A DNA stretch of 64,000 nt from Rhizophagus irregularis (Eukaryota). Within the stretch, counting starts at the first letter, position 1. Every line of letters begins with the position of its first letter. Of the stretch, positions 27,351 through 40,744 are shown in pieces. A program made the position numbers and the translations under genes. Location of the stretch: contig NC_089432.1 of NCBI RefSeq assembly GCF_026210795.1, positions 3,224,001 to 3,288,000 of the forward strand, written 5' to 3'. The notes under the pieces were generated by a model, which was not told the DNA's origin, ran no database searches, and was given only the letters and a program-made list of their open reading frames with translations.

Positions 27351-27924
27351 CTATATTTATTTAAATTTTTTAAATTATTTTGTGATATTTTTTGGTCTTT
27401 CACTCTGCAAAATTTTTGGTCAGAGGATCGACAAGAAAGAGTTTTTCAGATAAATTTAATTTACAAAAAGAGAAAAAGATGAATTCAAAATGGAAATTGA
27501 TTTCCAATTTTTTTTTTAACAAAATTGAGACGAATATTTTTTTTTACAAAAAAGAAAAAATGATAAAATCAATGATCTTTAAATTTTATTTTATTTCAAA
27601 AATAGAAAAGGCTAAATTAAAAATAGCAAGTGATTTCCTTTTTAAACAAAAAAAGGTTAGTTTCATCTATACTAACAATATATAAAGGTTCCTACGTTCA
27701 AATTGGGAATTATGGTTACCAAAATTATTCATAATTTTTATGATGATCATATCCTGAAATAATACTGACAATTAATCTTTTTTTTACCACACTATGTCAC
27801 ACGAGTGATTGTATGATTTACACAAATCCATAAATAGAATTTTTTTTTTATTCCGGACTTCCACCGTAAAAAATTTTTATTCTTATTTCATTTATTATTT
27901 CTAATAATAAAAATAATAACAAAA

Positions 27925-30461
27925 ATGCAAAATAACGAAAATATAAATGAATGGACAAATTGGATTGAGGAGGCTATTATTAAACAACATATTAAATATT
28001 ATGAGTATGAAAATTTTAAAAATGTTCAAGAAGTTGGTTCCGGAGCATTCGGAAAGGTTTTTCGTGCAAATTGGAAAAATTTTGGTCATTTAGCATTAAA
28101 ATCATTTTATAATCTAAACGATATTACCTTAAAAGAAATTGTTAATGAAGTAATCAAATATTTTAATTTCATTTTTTTTTAAAAAAAAAATTATTTTTTC
28201 GTATACTCTTTTTCGTATTTATTTACTTATTTATTTTCTTAATTTTCTAATTATTATGCGTTTATAATCTAGCTTAAACTTCAACGAGAAGTAGATTTTC
28301 ATGACAATATTATTCGCTTTTATGGAATCACAAAATTTGAATCAGGTATTTGTAAATATATAAATATCATCATAATAAATAAAATTATGTTTATTTATTT
28401 TTTTTATTTATTTTTTTTTTTGTAAAAACTAATAATCGATTCTTTCTTTTTTATCAGAAAATAAAATTGACCAAACAAAGAATTATTTGTTAGTAATGGA
28501 ATACGCTAACGGTGGTACCCTTCGTGACTATTTAAACGAAAACTTCAATAGACTTAGTTGGGATGATAGGTATAATTTAGCTCATCAATTAGCTTGTTCT
28601 GTATTATGTCTACATGATGAAGGGATCGTTCACCGAGATTTGGTATTTTTTTTATAAAGTATTTAAAATATTTTACGAACTAAATTAATATTATTTGTAT
28701 ATTATAATAGCATTCTTGTAATGTGTTGGTTCATAAGAAATCCATCAAGTTGGCGGACTTTGGATTATCAAAAAGAATTGATGAAGCATCGAATTCACAG
28801 TCAAAGTTACTTGGTATGGTTCCCTATATTGATCCGAAAGTATTGATGAATAGCAATAATTTAAAATTAAATGAGAAGAGCGATGTATATAGTATCGGCG
28901 TTTTATTATGGGAAATATCAAGTGGGAAACCACCATTTCATGAAGAGAAAAATAGGATTGGCTTAATCTATGATATTTCACAAGGACGAAGAGAAGAAAT
29001 TATTCCTGATACTCCTAATGATTATTCAAATCTTTACATTGGTAAATACTGTTTCATTATATTATTTGTTTTACTTATTAAAGTCATTATTTTAACCAAA
29101 TTCTTTAATTATTAGAATGTTGGAATAATGAACCAAGTAAACGACCAAATATGCATGAGGTTGTTAATAGATTAGGAGTATTTATTCCAGATTCAAATAG
29201 CACAACAATTGATCAACAGAATGACATATCTGATCAAACTTATCCTACGCCAAATGAAAATCTAACTCCAAATAGTGCAGGAAATTCATCACATGGAGAA
29301 TTATCCAAAATGATCCAAAATTTCACTAATATGAATACAAGTGAAATAGATAGTATGTCTACAAAAGAACAAATTAATGAAAATATTTCGTCTGAGAATT
29401 ATTTTAGCATTGTGATTAACGAAATAGTTGATCTTATTTTTAAAGAAAACATTAAAGATAATAGGAATGTAAAACAGCATGTTATTGATTATTTGAATAA
29501 TCATAATGTAAATTCAAAAGAAATTTATAATTGGTTATTAAATAATCAAAACAATTCAGAATCTATTTTTTTACTTGGTTATTTTAATTATGTGGGAATT
29601 GGATCAACCAAAGATGAAGAGAAAGCATTTAATTTATTTATTAATGCATCAAAACAGGATCATACATTAGCACAATATTGTGTTGGACTATGTTATCAAT
29701 TTGGAAATGGAATTACAAAAAATGAAAAACTTGCATTTGAATATTATGAAAAAGTAGCTAATAAAGATTATGCAAATGGACAATTTAAATTAGGTTGGTT
29801 TTATAAAAATGGAGTAAGTGTCAATAAAGATTTAAAAATGGCTGTGTATTGGTATGAAAAAGCTGCAGATAATGGACATTTAAAAGCTATGCATAACCTT
29901 GGCCTCTCATATGAAAATGGAGATGGTGTTGATAAAAATAATCAAAAAGCTTTTGAATTATTCAAACAATCAGCTGAAGGAGGACATTCAGGTGGAATAA
30001 TGATGTTAGCTTATTGTTATGGTAGTGGAATTGGAATTAATATTGATAGACAAAAAGCAGTTGAATTATATCAGAAAGCTGCAAATTTAGGAAGTAAGGT
30101 AGCTCAATATAATCTTGCAAACATGTATAAAGATGGAGATGGTGTTGATAAAAATAATCAAAAAGCTTTTGAATTATTCAAACAATCAGCTGAAGGAGGA
30201 CATTCAGGTGGAATAATGATGTTAGCTTATTGTTACGATAATGGAATTGGAATTAATTTTGATAAACAAAAAGCAGTTGAATTATATCAGAAAGCTGCAA
30301 ATTTAGGACATGAGGTAGCTCAATATAATCTTGCAAACATGTATAAAGCAGGAGTTGGGATTGAAAAAGATTTAGATAAAGCAATTTATTGGTATGAACA
30401 ATCAGCTAAACAAGGATATATAGATGCTCAAACTAGATTAAAAGAACTCAAGAAAAATTAG
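27925..30461 (+). CDS. TKL kinase-SEL1 repeat protein (copy 3, two extra SEL1 repeats)
   Basis: Exons 27925-28149, 28273-28345, 28458-28642, 28711-29041, 29116-30461; 216-bp internal duplication. Confidence 0.93.
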
Positions 30462-33179
30462 AATTCTAAACAAATTTATGATGTAAATTATTTAAGAAAA
30501 AATTTTTTTTTATTGTATTTATAATTGTACCATTACATAGGAAAATAAACACGGTAATTTTAAACATTAGTATTTTTTAAATTACGTAGTATTAAATTTT
30601 ATAATATTAAATTGAATATAATAAATGTGTATTCTTGTTAAAGTTAAACGTTTAAAACTATTGTACTCCTCAAAAAAAAAAAATTGTTTAGCCTTAATTA
30701 AATATTAATTATTTTTTGTGAAAAACCTCTGATATCTTTACAAAATACCTTCATTACTTTTTAACTAAATAGCCGATTACATATCTTTAATATTCTTAAA
30801 AAATTCTTACATTACAATAATCACATTATCTTGAAATATAAAGATGTAAAGATAAAGCACCTAATGTGCAACAATAGCATTTCCCGAAATTCCAACTTTT
30901 TTACTTTGACTATTTTATTAGCGAATAATTCTACAGGACCATTTCAATAAGTAGAGTTTGGTTGAATTTTTTGGGTCAAAATTCATATATTATACCGTAA
31001 TAGATTTAGTATTAATAATGACAATCAAGTATGATGTAAGCAACACGTAATTCAGTTAAATTCAATTTGTATGAAAAAAAAAAATCACGAGTAATTTTAT
31101 TTTCAACAATGATAACTTTAACATATTAATTGTATTCGCAAAACTGCGAATTACAGCATAACCGATTATGACTTTGATGCATATTTATATTGAAAAGCAA
31201 TTTAAAGTACATATAATAACATAAATTTTTGGTTTTAAATGACAATAATTTATCGGAATGAAATAATATAACAAAATAAATTTACTTTGAACAGCTTTTT
31301 TATAATGAATTATATATTGTATTGTGTTGTAAAAAGTTTATTAGTCAAAATTCTTTAACAATTTTTTAAAAATAAATATTTACGTGATGTCACAGTTACT
31401 GAATTTTTTCTGCTGCATGTTAATGTTCATTCTATAAACTTCCACGCAAGCCTCATGCAAATCGATAATTACACTGTGACTTTTTGTTTATTATAACTAT
31501 TGTTTCAAGCAAAAAATTCTGTATATCAGGTTATCAATTACAATGAAAACTTTCGATAATATACTGTAACGTAAAAAATCTACATAATGTTAAATTTTTA
31601 AATAAACCATTTAATTTACCTTAACTGATTTGGAATTTAGTCCATTATTAAGATTTCACCAATAAATTCTGGTATAAGACAAAATTTTTAAATAATTTTA
31701 GGATGAGTTAAAAAGGAATTAACCTAGTAATGTATTGGTATGATACTTCACGTAAATAATTTAAATCTGTTTATTATGTACACGTGATGAAATTTTGTCG
31801 GATTTTTTCTAACGAAAAAGTTTAGTTTATTAATATTTCATCATGTGATCGGCCGTAGCAAGAACGGTGAAAAAATTTCGCTTTTTTTAAAACCGAAATC
31901 TTTTTTGTTTTTTTTCAGGTTCTTTTCTTTATTCGATTTTTCTTTTAATACAGTATTTCGATTTTTAATTTTTTTCCCTTTGTAACCTATATAGTAACTC
32001 TTTAAATTTGAATCATGATCGGATCGATAATGTAGTATTGCGAAAGCACCTTTTTACTAATATTTTATTTTTTCCTAATTTTATTTTGTTCTTTGCTTTA
32101 GGTTTGATCTGTCCAGTGTTGCGATGTAATCGAAATAATTTTTTCTTTTAAATGAATATATTTTATATAATTTTATTTATTTAATATAATAAAATTTTAA
32201 TCAATTTTTATTTTTCATTCACATTATAATTATAAATAAATGAAAATTTTGAATTAACATTATGTAATAACCAATTTTCCTAAATATATATCAGAAATTA
32301 CATCATGTTGATTAAATTCATTAATCCTGTTGAAACGCAACAGATTACAACTAATATATTATTAAAAATATTTTTAATAATATAATACTAGCAATATTAA
32401 ATTAAATGAAAATATACTGTCACGTACTTTTTTTTTCAATTTACAATTCCAATTTTTAGATTATTTATATTTTAAATGGTTCGTGGTAGATTTTTTTCTC
32501 GTTCAGTATCTGTAATAAACCGTTATGATTATAATCATAACTATCACGGCGGCAACTATTACGGCGTACATAAACAAAGAAAATGAAAATAGGTTTAGAT
32601 TAGAACGAATAAAATCAATGATTCCATTGTTATTTATTTAAATATAAACTTACCAGTATATTATATAAACTTATTAAAGCAAGAGAAAAATATCATCATG
32701 TACAAATATAAACATAAACAAAAAAGATTCTAAGAAATAATGACATATACGATTTCAAGATGTTCGAATAATATTTTGATTTTTAAACAATTAAATGTAA
32801 ATACTATTAGCTACAATATAAAAAAAAAAAATTTTAAATTTTCCCAATAACGAATTCGATGTTATTAATGAAACTACTAAATATTGAAATAAATCTCGTT
32901 TAATGTAAATATATGATCGACACATACCTGCCTAATACGATAAAAATTTAAAAATTTCTTGGCATCATCTGCCTTAACGAACGATATGACGTAATCATTA
33001 TTTTATGCTGCATAAGCGTGACTCAAAAAATTACACAAATTAAATTTTGTGAAATTTGTGCCACTAACACAAACTTGAATATTTATAAAATAGTACAAAT
33101 TATTTTTTTCTTTATAAAGTTAATTTACACAGTAAAATAATTTTTTTTTTTATACTTAAATACTTAAACAAAACATAAA

Positions 33180-35327
33180 ATGTCTAATACTGAACTTAAA
33201 GAAGTTATTGGTAATTCAAATGAATGGATTAATTGGATTGATGAATCTATTGAGAAAGAACAAATTAAATATTACGATTATAAATATTTTAATAATATTC
33301 AAGAAATTGGTTCTGAAAGTATTGGAAAGGTCTATCGCGCAAATTGGAAAAATTCTAATGATTATTTAACGTTAAAATCTTTTTTTAAATTTGATATCAC
33401 GGCAAAGGAAATTGTTAATGAAGTAACTATAATATAAATATTTCTATCTTTATAATATGATAATGTACATTGCTTTTCTAATTACAATTTTTATTTGTTT
33501 TTTAGTTTAAACTTCAGCGTGAAGTGGATTTTCATGAAAATATAATTCATTTTTATGGTATTACAACAGGTACAGTATTACAAAAATATTATAATCATTA
33601 TTTTATAAAGATGAATAAAATCTAAAATTATTATTTTTTTTTTTTCAAAAGAAAACCAAAGTGATAATTCAAAAAAATATTTGATAGTGATGGAATATAC
33701 CGATAGTGGTACCCTTCGAAATTATTTAAGTGAACGTTTTGAAAATCTCACTTGGAATGATAAATTAAATCTGGCATTTCAATTAGCTGATGCTATATCA
33801 TATTTACATGATAAAGAAATCATGCATCATGATTTGGTAGGTTATATACAGTACCTATTTACGACTTAATATATTACATTGTAAGATTATATACTTAATA
33901 CAATTATTTATTTTATTTATTATATTTAATAATAGAATTCAAATAATATTTTAGTTCATAAGAATACAATCAAATTGGCTGACTTTGGATTGTCAAAAAG
34001 GATTAAAAAATTACTTAATCTAAACTTATTTGAAATGGTCGCCTACATTGATCCACAAATGTTTAATAGAAAAGATGACAGCAATAACCAAATACAAGTA
34101 TATTCATTAAATAAAAAGAGCGACATATACAGTATTGGCGTACTTTTATGGGAAATATCTAGTGGACGACCACCTTTTTATAACAAACCAGATGTTGTTG
34201 ATTTGGCTACAGAAATATTACAAGGTCTCAGAGAATCATCTGTTCCAAATACACCCAAAGATTATGTAAAAATATATACTGGTAAAATACAAATAAATTT
34301 AATTATGATTAATTATAATAGTATTATTATTATTTACAGATTTATTTTATTATATTTAGATTGTTGGAATAATGAACCGGATGATCGTCCAAATATCAAC
34401 AAAGTTGTTACTAAATTAAACGTAATTATTTCTAATGTAGAAGATATTCAATTATCAAGTGAACTACTTAAATCAAATATTGAAGTACCTGAAAATACTA
34501 TTATTAATGGGAAAATATCTCAAATTATTCAAAATTTTAATAAGATAAATGTAAAAGAAATAAAACCTTCAATTTCATCAAATTTAATTATAGATGATTT
34601 TGAATTAATAGTTATTGAGATGATTCTTCTTCTTGAAAATATAGTAATAGAAAGAAAAAAATATGAAATTATTATTTATCTTAATAATCATAATATAACT
34701 ACAAAAGAAATTTATAATTGGTTATTAAATGATCAGAATAATTCAAATTCAATTTTTTTACTTGGAGTATTTAATCATTTTGGTATTGAAATTAATATTA
34801 ATAATCAAAAAGCATTTGAATTATATCAAAATGCAGCAAATTTAGGAAATGTATTTGGAATAACTAGTTTAGGATATTGTTATAATAAAGGTGTTGGAAC
34901 TAATATTGATGAACAAAAAGCATTTGAAATGTATCAAAAAGCTGCAAATTTAGGAAATCCACGTGGAATGAATAATTTAGGTACTTGTTATATAAATGGA
35001 TTTGGTTCTATTATTGATAATAATAAGGCATTTAAATTATATGAAGAAGCTGCAAGTTTAGGAAATATACTTGGAATAAGTAATTTAGGTTATTGTTATG
35101 AAAATGGTATTGGAACTAATATTAATGAACAAAAAGCATTTGAATATTATCAAGAAGCAGCAAATTTAGGTGATAATGAAGCTCAATATTATCTTGCTTT
35201 AATGTATGAAAATGGTGAAGTGGTTAAAATGGATATAAATCAAGCAATTTATTGGTATAATAAATCTGCTGAACAAGGAGATCTAGATGCTCAAATTAAA
35301 TTAAATGAATTATTACTAGATTTGTAA
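33180..35327 (+). CDS. Divergent TKL kinase(-like)-SEL1 repeat protein
   Basis: Exons 33180-33422, 33506-33569, 33652-33836, 33936-34281, 34360-35327 (same intron positions as the other copies); GSESIGKV, HHDLNSNN, DFG; SEL1 repeats. Confidence 0.9.
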
Positions 35328-36102
35328 AATTTTTAAAAATTACAGGTTTATAATAAATTAAAAGATATTTAGCCATCTTGACAAATTATTATATCTGACA
35401 TGATGTCTAGAAATCAACCGGTATGATGTCATCATGATTTCGATGGTTTGCGATTAGGATCCACTTTATTATTCTTCATATAATTTTTAAATTATAAAAT
35501 TTTTTTTGAAAGTGTGGGCTGGAATTTTAGGTCGTTAATAGTTTAATACTATCTGGTTAAAAGTTGTTTGCTAACTTTTATATCTATAATTTATAATTAT
35601 GAGTTTCCACGCTTTCTAAAAATCAACTCCACAGGTTTGGACAATTTTTTTGTAATAACATGATTTTTAACCCTTGGTTATTTATACTTATTAAACCGTA
35701 TAAAAAAACCCTCTTTTTATTATATTTATAAAAAATTTGACCTTTTTCTTTATTAAAATAAAAAAAAAAACTTTTTATTAATTAATTAAAAAATTTAACA
35801 AATCAATGTAAAAACTTTATTGATCAGAGCCCTTAACCTGTTCGGAGCTCTACCGGATTTTTATAATAAAAAAAAGCATAAAAAAAAAAGTTTGTTACAC
35901 GGAATAATTTAAATAAAATAGTAATATATTCAATAAAATTCTTTTGATAATTCTAATTTTTTTTTAAAGATCCACAATCTGTCATAAAATTCTTCCTATT
36001 TGATCGCTCAACGATAGTGGCACAAATGGTCGCATTGGTATAAGAACAAACTTTTTTATAATGTATAATTTCTAGATTGAATTATCAATGTATGGCCCGC
36101 CG

Positions 36103-37309
36103 TAAGCACGGAAAGGTTGATGAAAAATCATCATGGTGCATGATGATTTTTCACCATGTTGCATGATGGCTTTTCATCATGATTAATGATGACTTTTCAC
36201 CATAATTTATGATGACTTTCACCATGTAACGAATAATTTTCATCATGTTTCCTAATACAGAATTGTTCAATATCCAAAAATAGCTTACCATGCCACTGGT
36301 TTTTTATATTGCAAATTTAGTAAATTTTAAGATTTTCTTTTACAAATTTGGAAATTTACCGATCCTTTTATGGAAAGCCGTCCTTGACAAAAGGTTGATG
36401 TCCAAACATCATGAAATATAATGTTTAGACATCATGATGGTATGTCTAGACATCATGTTTGTATGGAAAGCCGTCCTTGACAAAAGGTTGATATCCAAAC
36501 ATCATGAAATATAATATTTAGACATCATGATGGTATGTCTAGACATCATGTTTGATATATGTAGGATGATGTTTGTACATTATTTAACATGATGTGAAAG
36601 ACATCAACCGACATGATGTCTAGACATCATGCTGATCAAATTACCAAATATAGTATATTTATGAGTTACACAAAATAAAATTTACTATATTTGGTAACAT
36701 GATGTCTAAGACATCATGTCGGTTGATGCTTGAGCATCATGTTGAATGATGTACAAACATTATTCTACATATATCAAACATGATGTCTAGACATTATCCA
36801 ACATGATGTCTGGATATCAACCTTTTGTCAAGGATGGCTTTCCCTATGTTTGATATATGTAGGATGATGTTTGTACATTATTTAACATGATGTCTAGACA
36901 TCGTGCTGATCAAATTACCAAATATAGTATATTTTATAAGTACACAAAATAAAATTTACTATATTTGATAACATGATGTCTAAGACACATTATCCAACAT
37001 GATGTCTGGATATCAACCTTTTGTCAAGGATGGCTTTCCATATGGTAAGCTATTTTTGGCTATTGAACAAAACATGATGAAAATTATTTGTCACATGGTG
37101 AAAATTATTCATCTTATGGTAAAAAGTCATCATAAATCATGATGAAAAATCATCACTAAACATGGTGAAAAGTCATCACATAAACATGGTGAAAAGTCAT
37201 CATTAATCATGATGAAAAGTCATCATGCAATATGATGAAAAGTCATTATGCAACATGGTGAAAAATCATCATGCATCATGATGATTTTTCATCAACCTTT
37301 CTGTGCTTA
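36103..37309. mobile_element. Foldback/MULE-like element with long nested inverted repeats built from catcatga-like motifs
   Basis: Outer TIR taagcacggaaaggttgatgaaaaatcatcatg; inner TIR tggaaagccgtccttgacaaaaggttgat (~36370-37041); tatcaatgta at 36083 and 37310. Confidence 0.8.
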
Positions 37310-37417
37310 TATCAATGTACAACAAATATCCCAATTGAGCGAAAAAGTGAATATATTTGGAAATGATCTAATCATTTCAATCTCTCTTTTTACGCCCATA
37401 ATAACTTTGTGCAACCA

Positions 37418-37421
<4 letters not shown>

Positions 37422-37455
<34 letters not shown>
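37422..37455. repeat. (AT)n microsatellite
   Basis: About 17 AT units just upstream of the F-box gene. Confidence 0.95.
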
Positions 37456-37458
<3 letters not shown>

Positions 37459-37540
37459 TTGTCGCTCCGAGTTATATAATAAATTTACCATATTTTGACG
37501 TAACTTCCAATACCTTTCCCCTTTTCCCCTCACTCTCAAT

Positions 37541-39175
37541 ATGGCATGTTCAAAGTTATTTTCAGGAGATTTACCAGAGTTAATAAACGAAATTATTCAA
37601 TATTTTCATTATGATTATAAAACACTACATTCATGTATATTTGTTAATAGATTATGGTGTCGTTTAGCAATCCCATTATTATGGGAAGATCCATTTTCAA
37701 TTAAATTTCCTAAAAATTATTACTTTATTGAAATTTATTTGAATAATTTGAATGATGATGATAAAGTAAAATTAAATGAATATATAATTCATAATGAATT
37801 GTTTCCTTTAAACACATTATTTAATTATCCTAGATTTATTAAACATTTAGATGCATATAAAGTTAGTAATTCTATCGAAAAATGGGTTAAAACTATTATG
37901 AATTCAACAATTAAAGAGCAACATTCAAACTATTCTATAACAAATGCAAATTTATCACTTTCACAAATTATAAAATTAATTTTTTGGTCATTAATTCTAT
38001 TATTCATTAAAAATGAAGCCAATTTGCATAGTTTTAAAGTTACAACATGTATTGGATATAGTAATGAGATTATTGAATTAATCTTACAAAATCGTAATTT
38101 CATTTATAATATTAAAAATTTAGCACTTAAACTTGATAAAGCAAATGATAACATAATAAAATTTTTAGAATTTCTCTGTTCTAATTGTAATTCAATTTCA
38201 TCCCTTTATTTTCCACTTCCTTCATATAATAATTATCCAATAATTGAAAAATATTTATCACAAATAATTAAATCTCAAGAAAATCTTAAAAAGATTTCAT
38301 TTGGTTATGGTTATGGATGCTCCTTATATCATCCTTTATTATCTTTAAATAATCTTAATTGTTCAAATACATTAAATACAATTATATTTTATTATATTAA
38401 TTTTAAAAATATAAATGTATTAAGTGAAGTATTTAATCAATTAAATGTTTTAGAATCAATTCATATTGTTTATTGTTATCATCTAGATTCTAAATTTATT
38501 CAACAAATTAATAATATTATTAAACCATTTAAATTGAAATCTTTATTTTTGGATGGAGTGAATTATGAATTATTAGAACCATTAATGCAAAAGTCTGGTA
38601 ATTATTTAGAAAGTTTTGGATTTTATCACGATGGATCACAAAAATTATTACAATTAATTATTAAGTATTGTAACAAAATTAAATTTTTATTTCCTATTTG
38701 GACGAATAATCAGTTTATTTATTTATTATTCAATATAATTGAAAATATTAAACAAAATCTTAATTATCTTTCAATTGATCATCGCGGTCATAATACTAGT
38801 TCAACTATATTACAAAATTTAGGACAAATTCTTCCTTTTAAATTAGAATATTTGAATTTATGTCTTAATTTGATTAATACAAATGATTTGAGATTCTTTT
38901 TAAAAAATTCTCAAAATATTTTTATTAAAAAATTATTAATTAAAAATACAATGAATGAAAATTGTCAAAATAATATTTTTCCATATATAAAAGAATATAT
39001 TATGAAAAAGAAACGAATTAAGTATTTAGCTATTAGAGAAATTCTTTGTAGTAAAAGTGAAGACTTATTTTTTTCGAAAGATAAAGTAAAGGAATTTGAA
39101 TTATATGGTATTCAAGTTTTAAATTATGATGATTTTGTTATTGATATTTATAGTTTTATAATAGAAACTTATTAG
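37541..39175 (+). CDS. F-box domain protein with RNI/LRR-like C-terminus (single exon, 544 aa)
   Basis: LPELINEIIQYF..LHSCIFVNRLWCRLAIPLLWEDPF F-box signature; LxxLxL repeats. Confidence 0.9.
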   Translation: MACSKLFSGDLPELINEIIQYFHYDYKTLHSCIFVNRLWCRLAIPLLWEDPFSIKFPKNYYFIEIYLNNLNDDDKVKLNEYIIHNELFPLNTLFNYPRFIKHLDAYKVSNSIEKWVKTIMNSTIKEQHSNYSITNANLSLSQIIKLIFWSLILLFIKNEANLHSFKVTTCIGYSNEIIELILQNRNFIYNIKNLALKLDKANDNIIKFLEFLCSNCNSISSLYFPLPSYNNYPIIEKYLSQIIKSQENLKKISFGYGYGCSLYHPLLSLNNLNCSNTLNTIIFYYINFKNINVLSEVFNQLNVLESIHIVYCYHLDSKFIQQINNIIKPFKLKSLFLDGVNYELLEPLMQKSGNYLESFGFYHDGSQKLLQLIIKYCNKIKFLFPIWTNNQFIYLLFNIIENIKQNLNYLSIDHRGHNTSSTILQNLGQILPFKLEYLNLCLNLINTNDLRFFLKNSQNIFIKKLLIKNTMNENCQNNIFPYIKEYIMKKKRIKYLAIREILCSKSEDLFFSKDKVKEFELYGIQVLNYDDFVIDIYSFIIETY

Positions 39176-40744
39176 CTATATAGTAATATAGTTATGCAAT
39201 TTACAGTATTATGACATATACGTATACTGTATAATCATGGGATGAAGTGCGCATATTCTAGTTATATTGTATAATTAAGTATAAAAGAATTATTTTTGTA
39301 GAAAAACATTAATAAATAAAAATAAAGTTAAATTGAGAAAAGTTTCTCCGTTCAAATATTAATAATGCGTTTTATTCAATTTACTAATTAAATGTAATAA
39401 AGCTGATGAAAGATTAAAAAAATTCAAAAATATTAAATATGAATATCAAATATGGATTGATCATTTAATCAATAGAAATATAAATATGAAAGACTTAAAC
39501 GTAAAGCATTATACATTTTTTTTTTTGATCATTATTTTACGTAATTTAAAATTATTTATCTTAATTTTATTTTAGCACAACGGATTAATGATAACTGGTT
39601 AATTAACCAATTAAGACAATTAACCGGTTAAGGAATCTTAAAATCAAGGTTAACCGGTTAAAACTAATTTGACCATAATTCTGGTCAAATTTATATAATG
39701 CGTCCCAGTGACATGAATCGTGATTACGTGTTCCAGAACTTCAAGTTTATAATACTATTTATTAAAAACAGCATTAATACCGACAACTAAATATGTACGC
39801 AAAATCAAAAATCGACAAAAAGATTTAAGCTCTAGGGAAGTATTGTACTAATTGTATTAGTGATTAATTTATGATATTTTTATAATATTAAAAAATTGCA
39901 AAATGTATATGAAAGTAATAGAGCAAAATGGATTGATGGATTGAAATATGGCATTTAAATAATAATTGAAATAAAATAGACCATTGAGTTTTTGAATAAT
40001 TCAAATTGATGATACAAGTTTATGATTTATTTGAGCTTTTGATAACTTAACATATTCATATAACTAAAAAAGAAACCTAAAATTTTATCTATTTCATCTA
40101 CTGTATTTAAAATTTTGTTGGAGTTAGTTTTTTATATATAGAATTAAAATCTAAGTTTATTAAAAATGTGTTATTCGACAAAATTTTTACTATTATAAGT
40201 GGGAATATTTAAATGAGTAAACATTTAAGCAAATTTTGCAAAGTTTATGTAATACTGTACCGTAATTATTGCTAAATTTTGAAATGCTTTTTAGATTTGT
40301 CCATCAAAAAGAAAAATTATTTGAAAATATTAAATGAAAATTTATTATAAATATAGTTTATTTTTTAACGAAAATTCATCAATTTTTATAGTAAGAATAT
40401 AACTACTTTTCCACAAAAAGACGTTAATTGCTTACGAAATAAAAAAAAATTAGTTTGTATGTATTGTATGGTTCATGTTTCAGGTTGTGTATTCTAGATA
40501 ATTTTTTCCGGAAGTTAATATAATAAATTAAACTTTCTATTTTTAACCCATTTACTATTAGCTCTACGAATCTCTTCGGGGCCAGAATTACATAATGCTG
40601 CCTGGCATTATTCAGGATCTACACGTAGTTTTGTTGATTCTACGCAAACTATTGTTTCCTTTTTTGTCCTCATTGAATATCCAAATTAAATCATGTATTA
40701 AACACCGACTTTTACAAACTTTTTAACAGAATTTATATTATAAA

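Larger units (their letters stand above)
1..30960 (+). repeat. Tandem segmental duplication: 4 copies of kinase-SEL1 gene plus flanks
   Basis: Shared 3' flanks (~460-960, ~9000-9487, ~19900-20460, ~30470-30920) and shared 5' flanks (~5141-6672, ~15947-17585, ~20460-20984 plus ~27450-27924). Confidence 0.92.

Noticed and set aside
6649..29504. Recurrent antisense ORFs (MTKIFPICT.., MIIQIINN.., MKCHRLS..)
   Set aside because: Conserved only because they overlap duplicated kinase-SEL1 exons
31840..32130. Short GC-richer patches with splice-like signals (possible small RNA or another array remnant)
   Set aside because: Too few units and no recognisable RNA family motif
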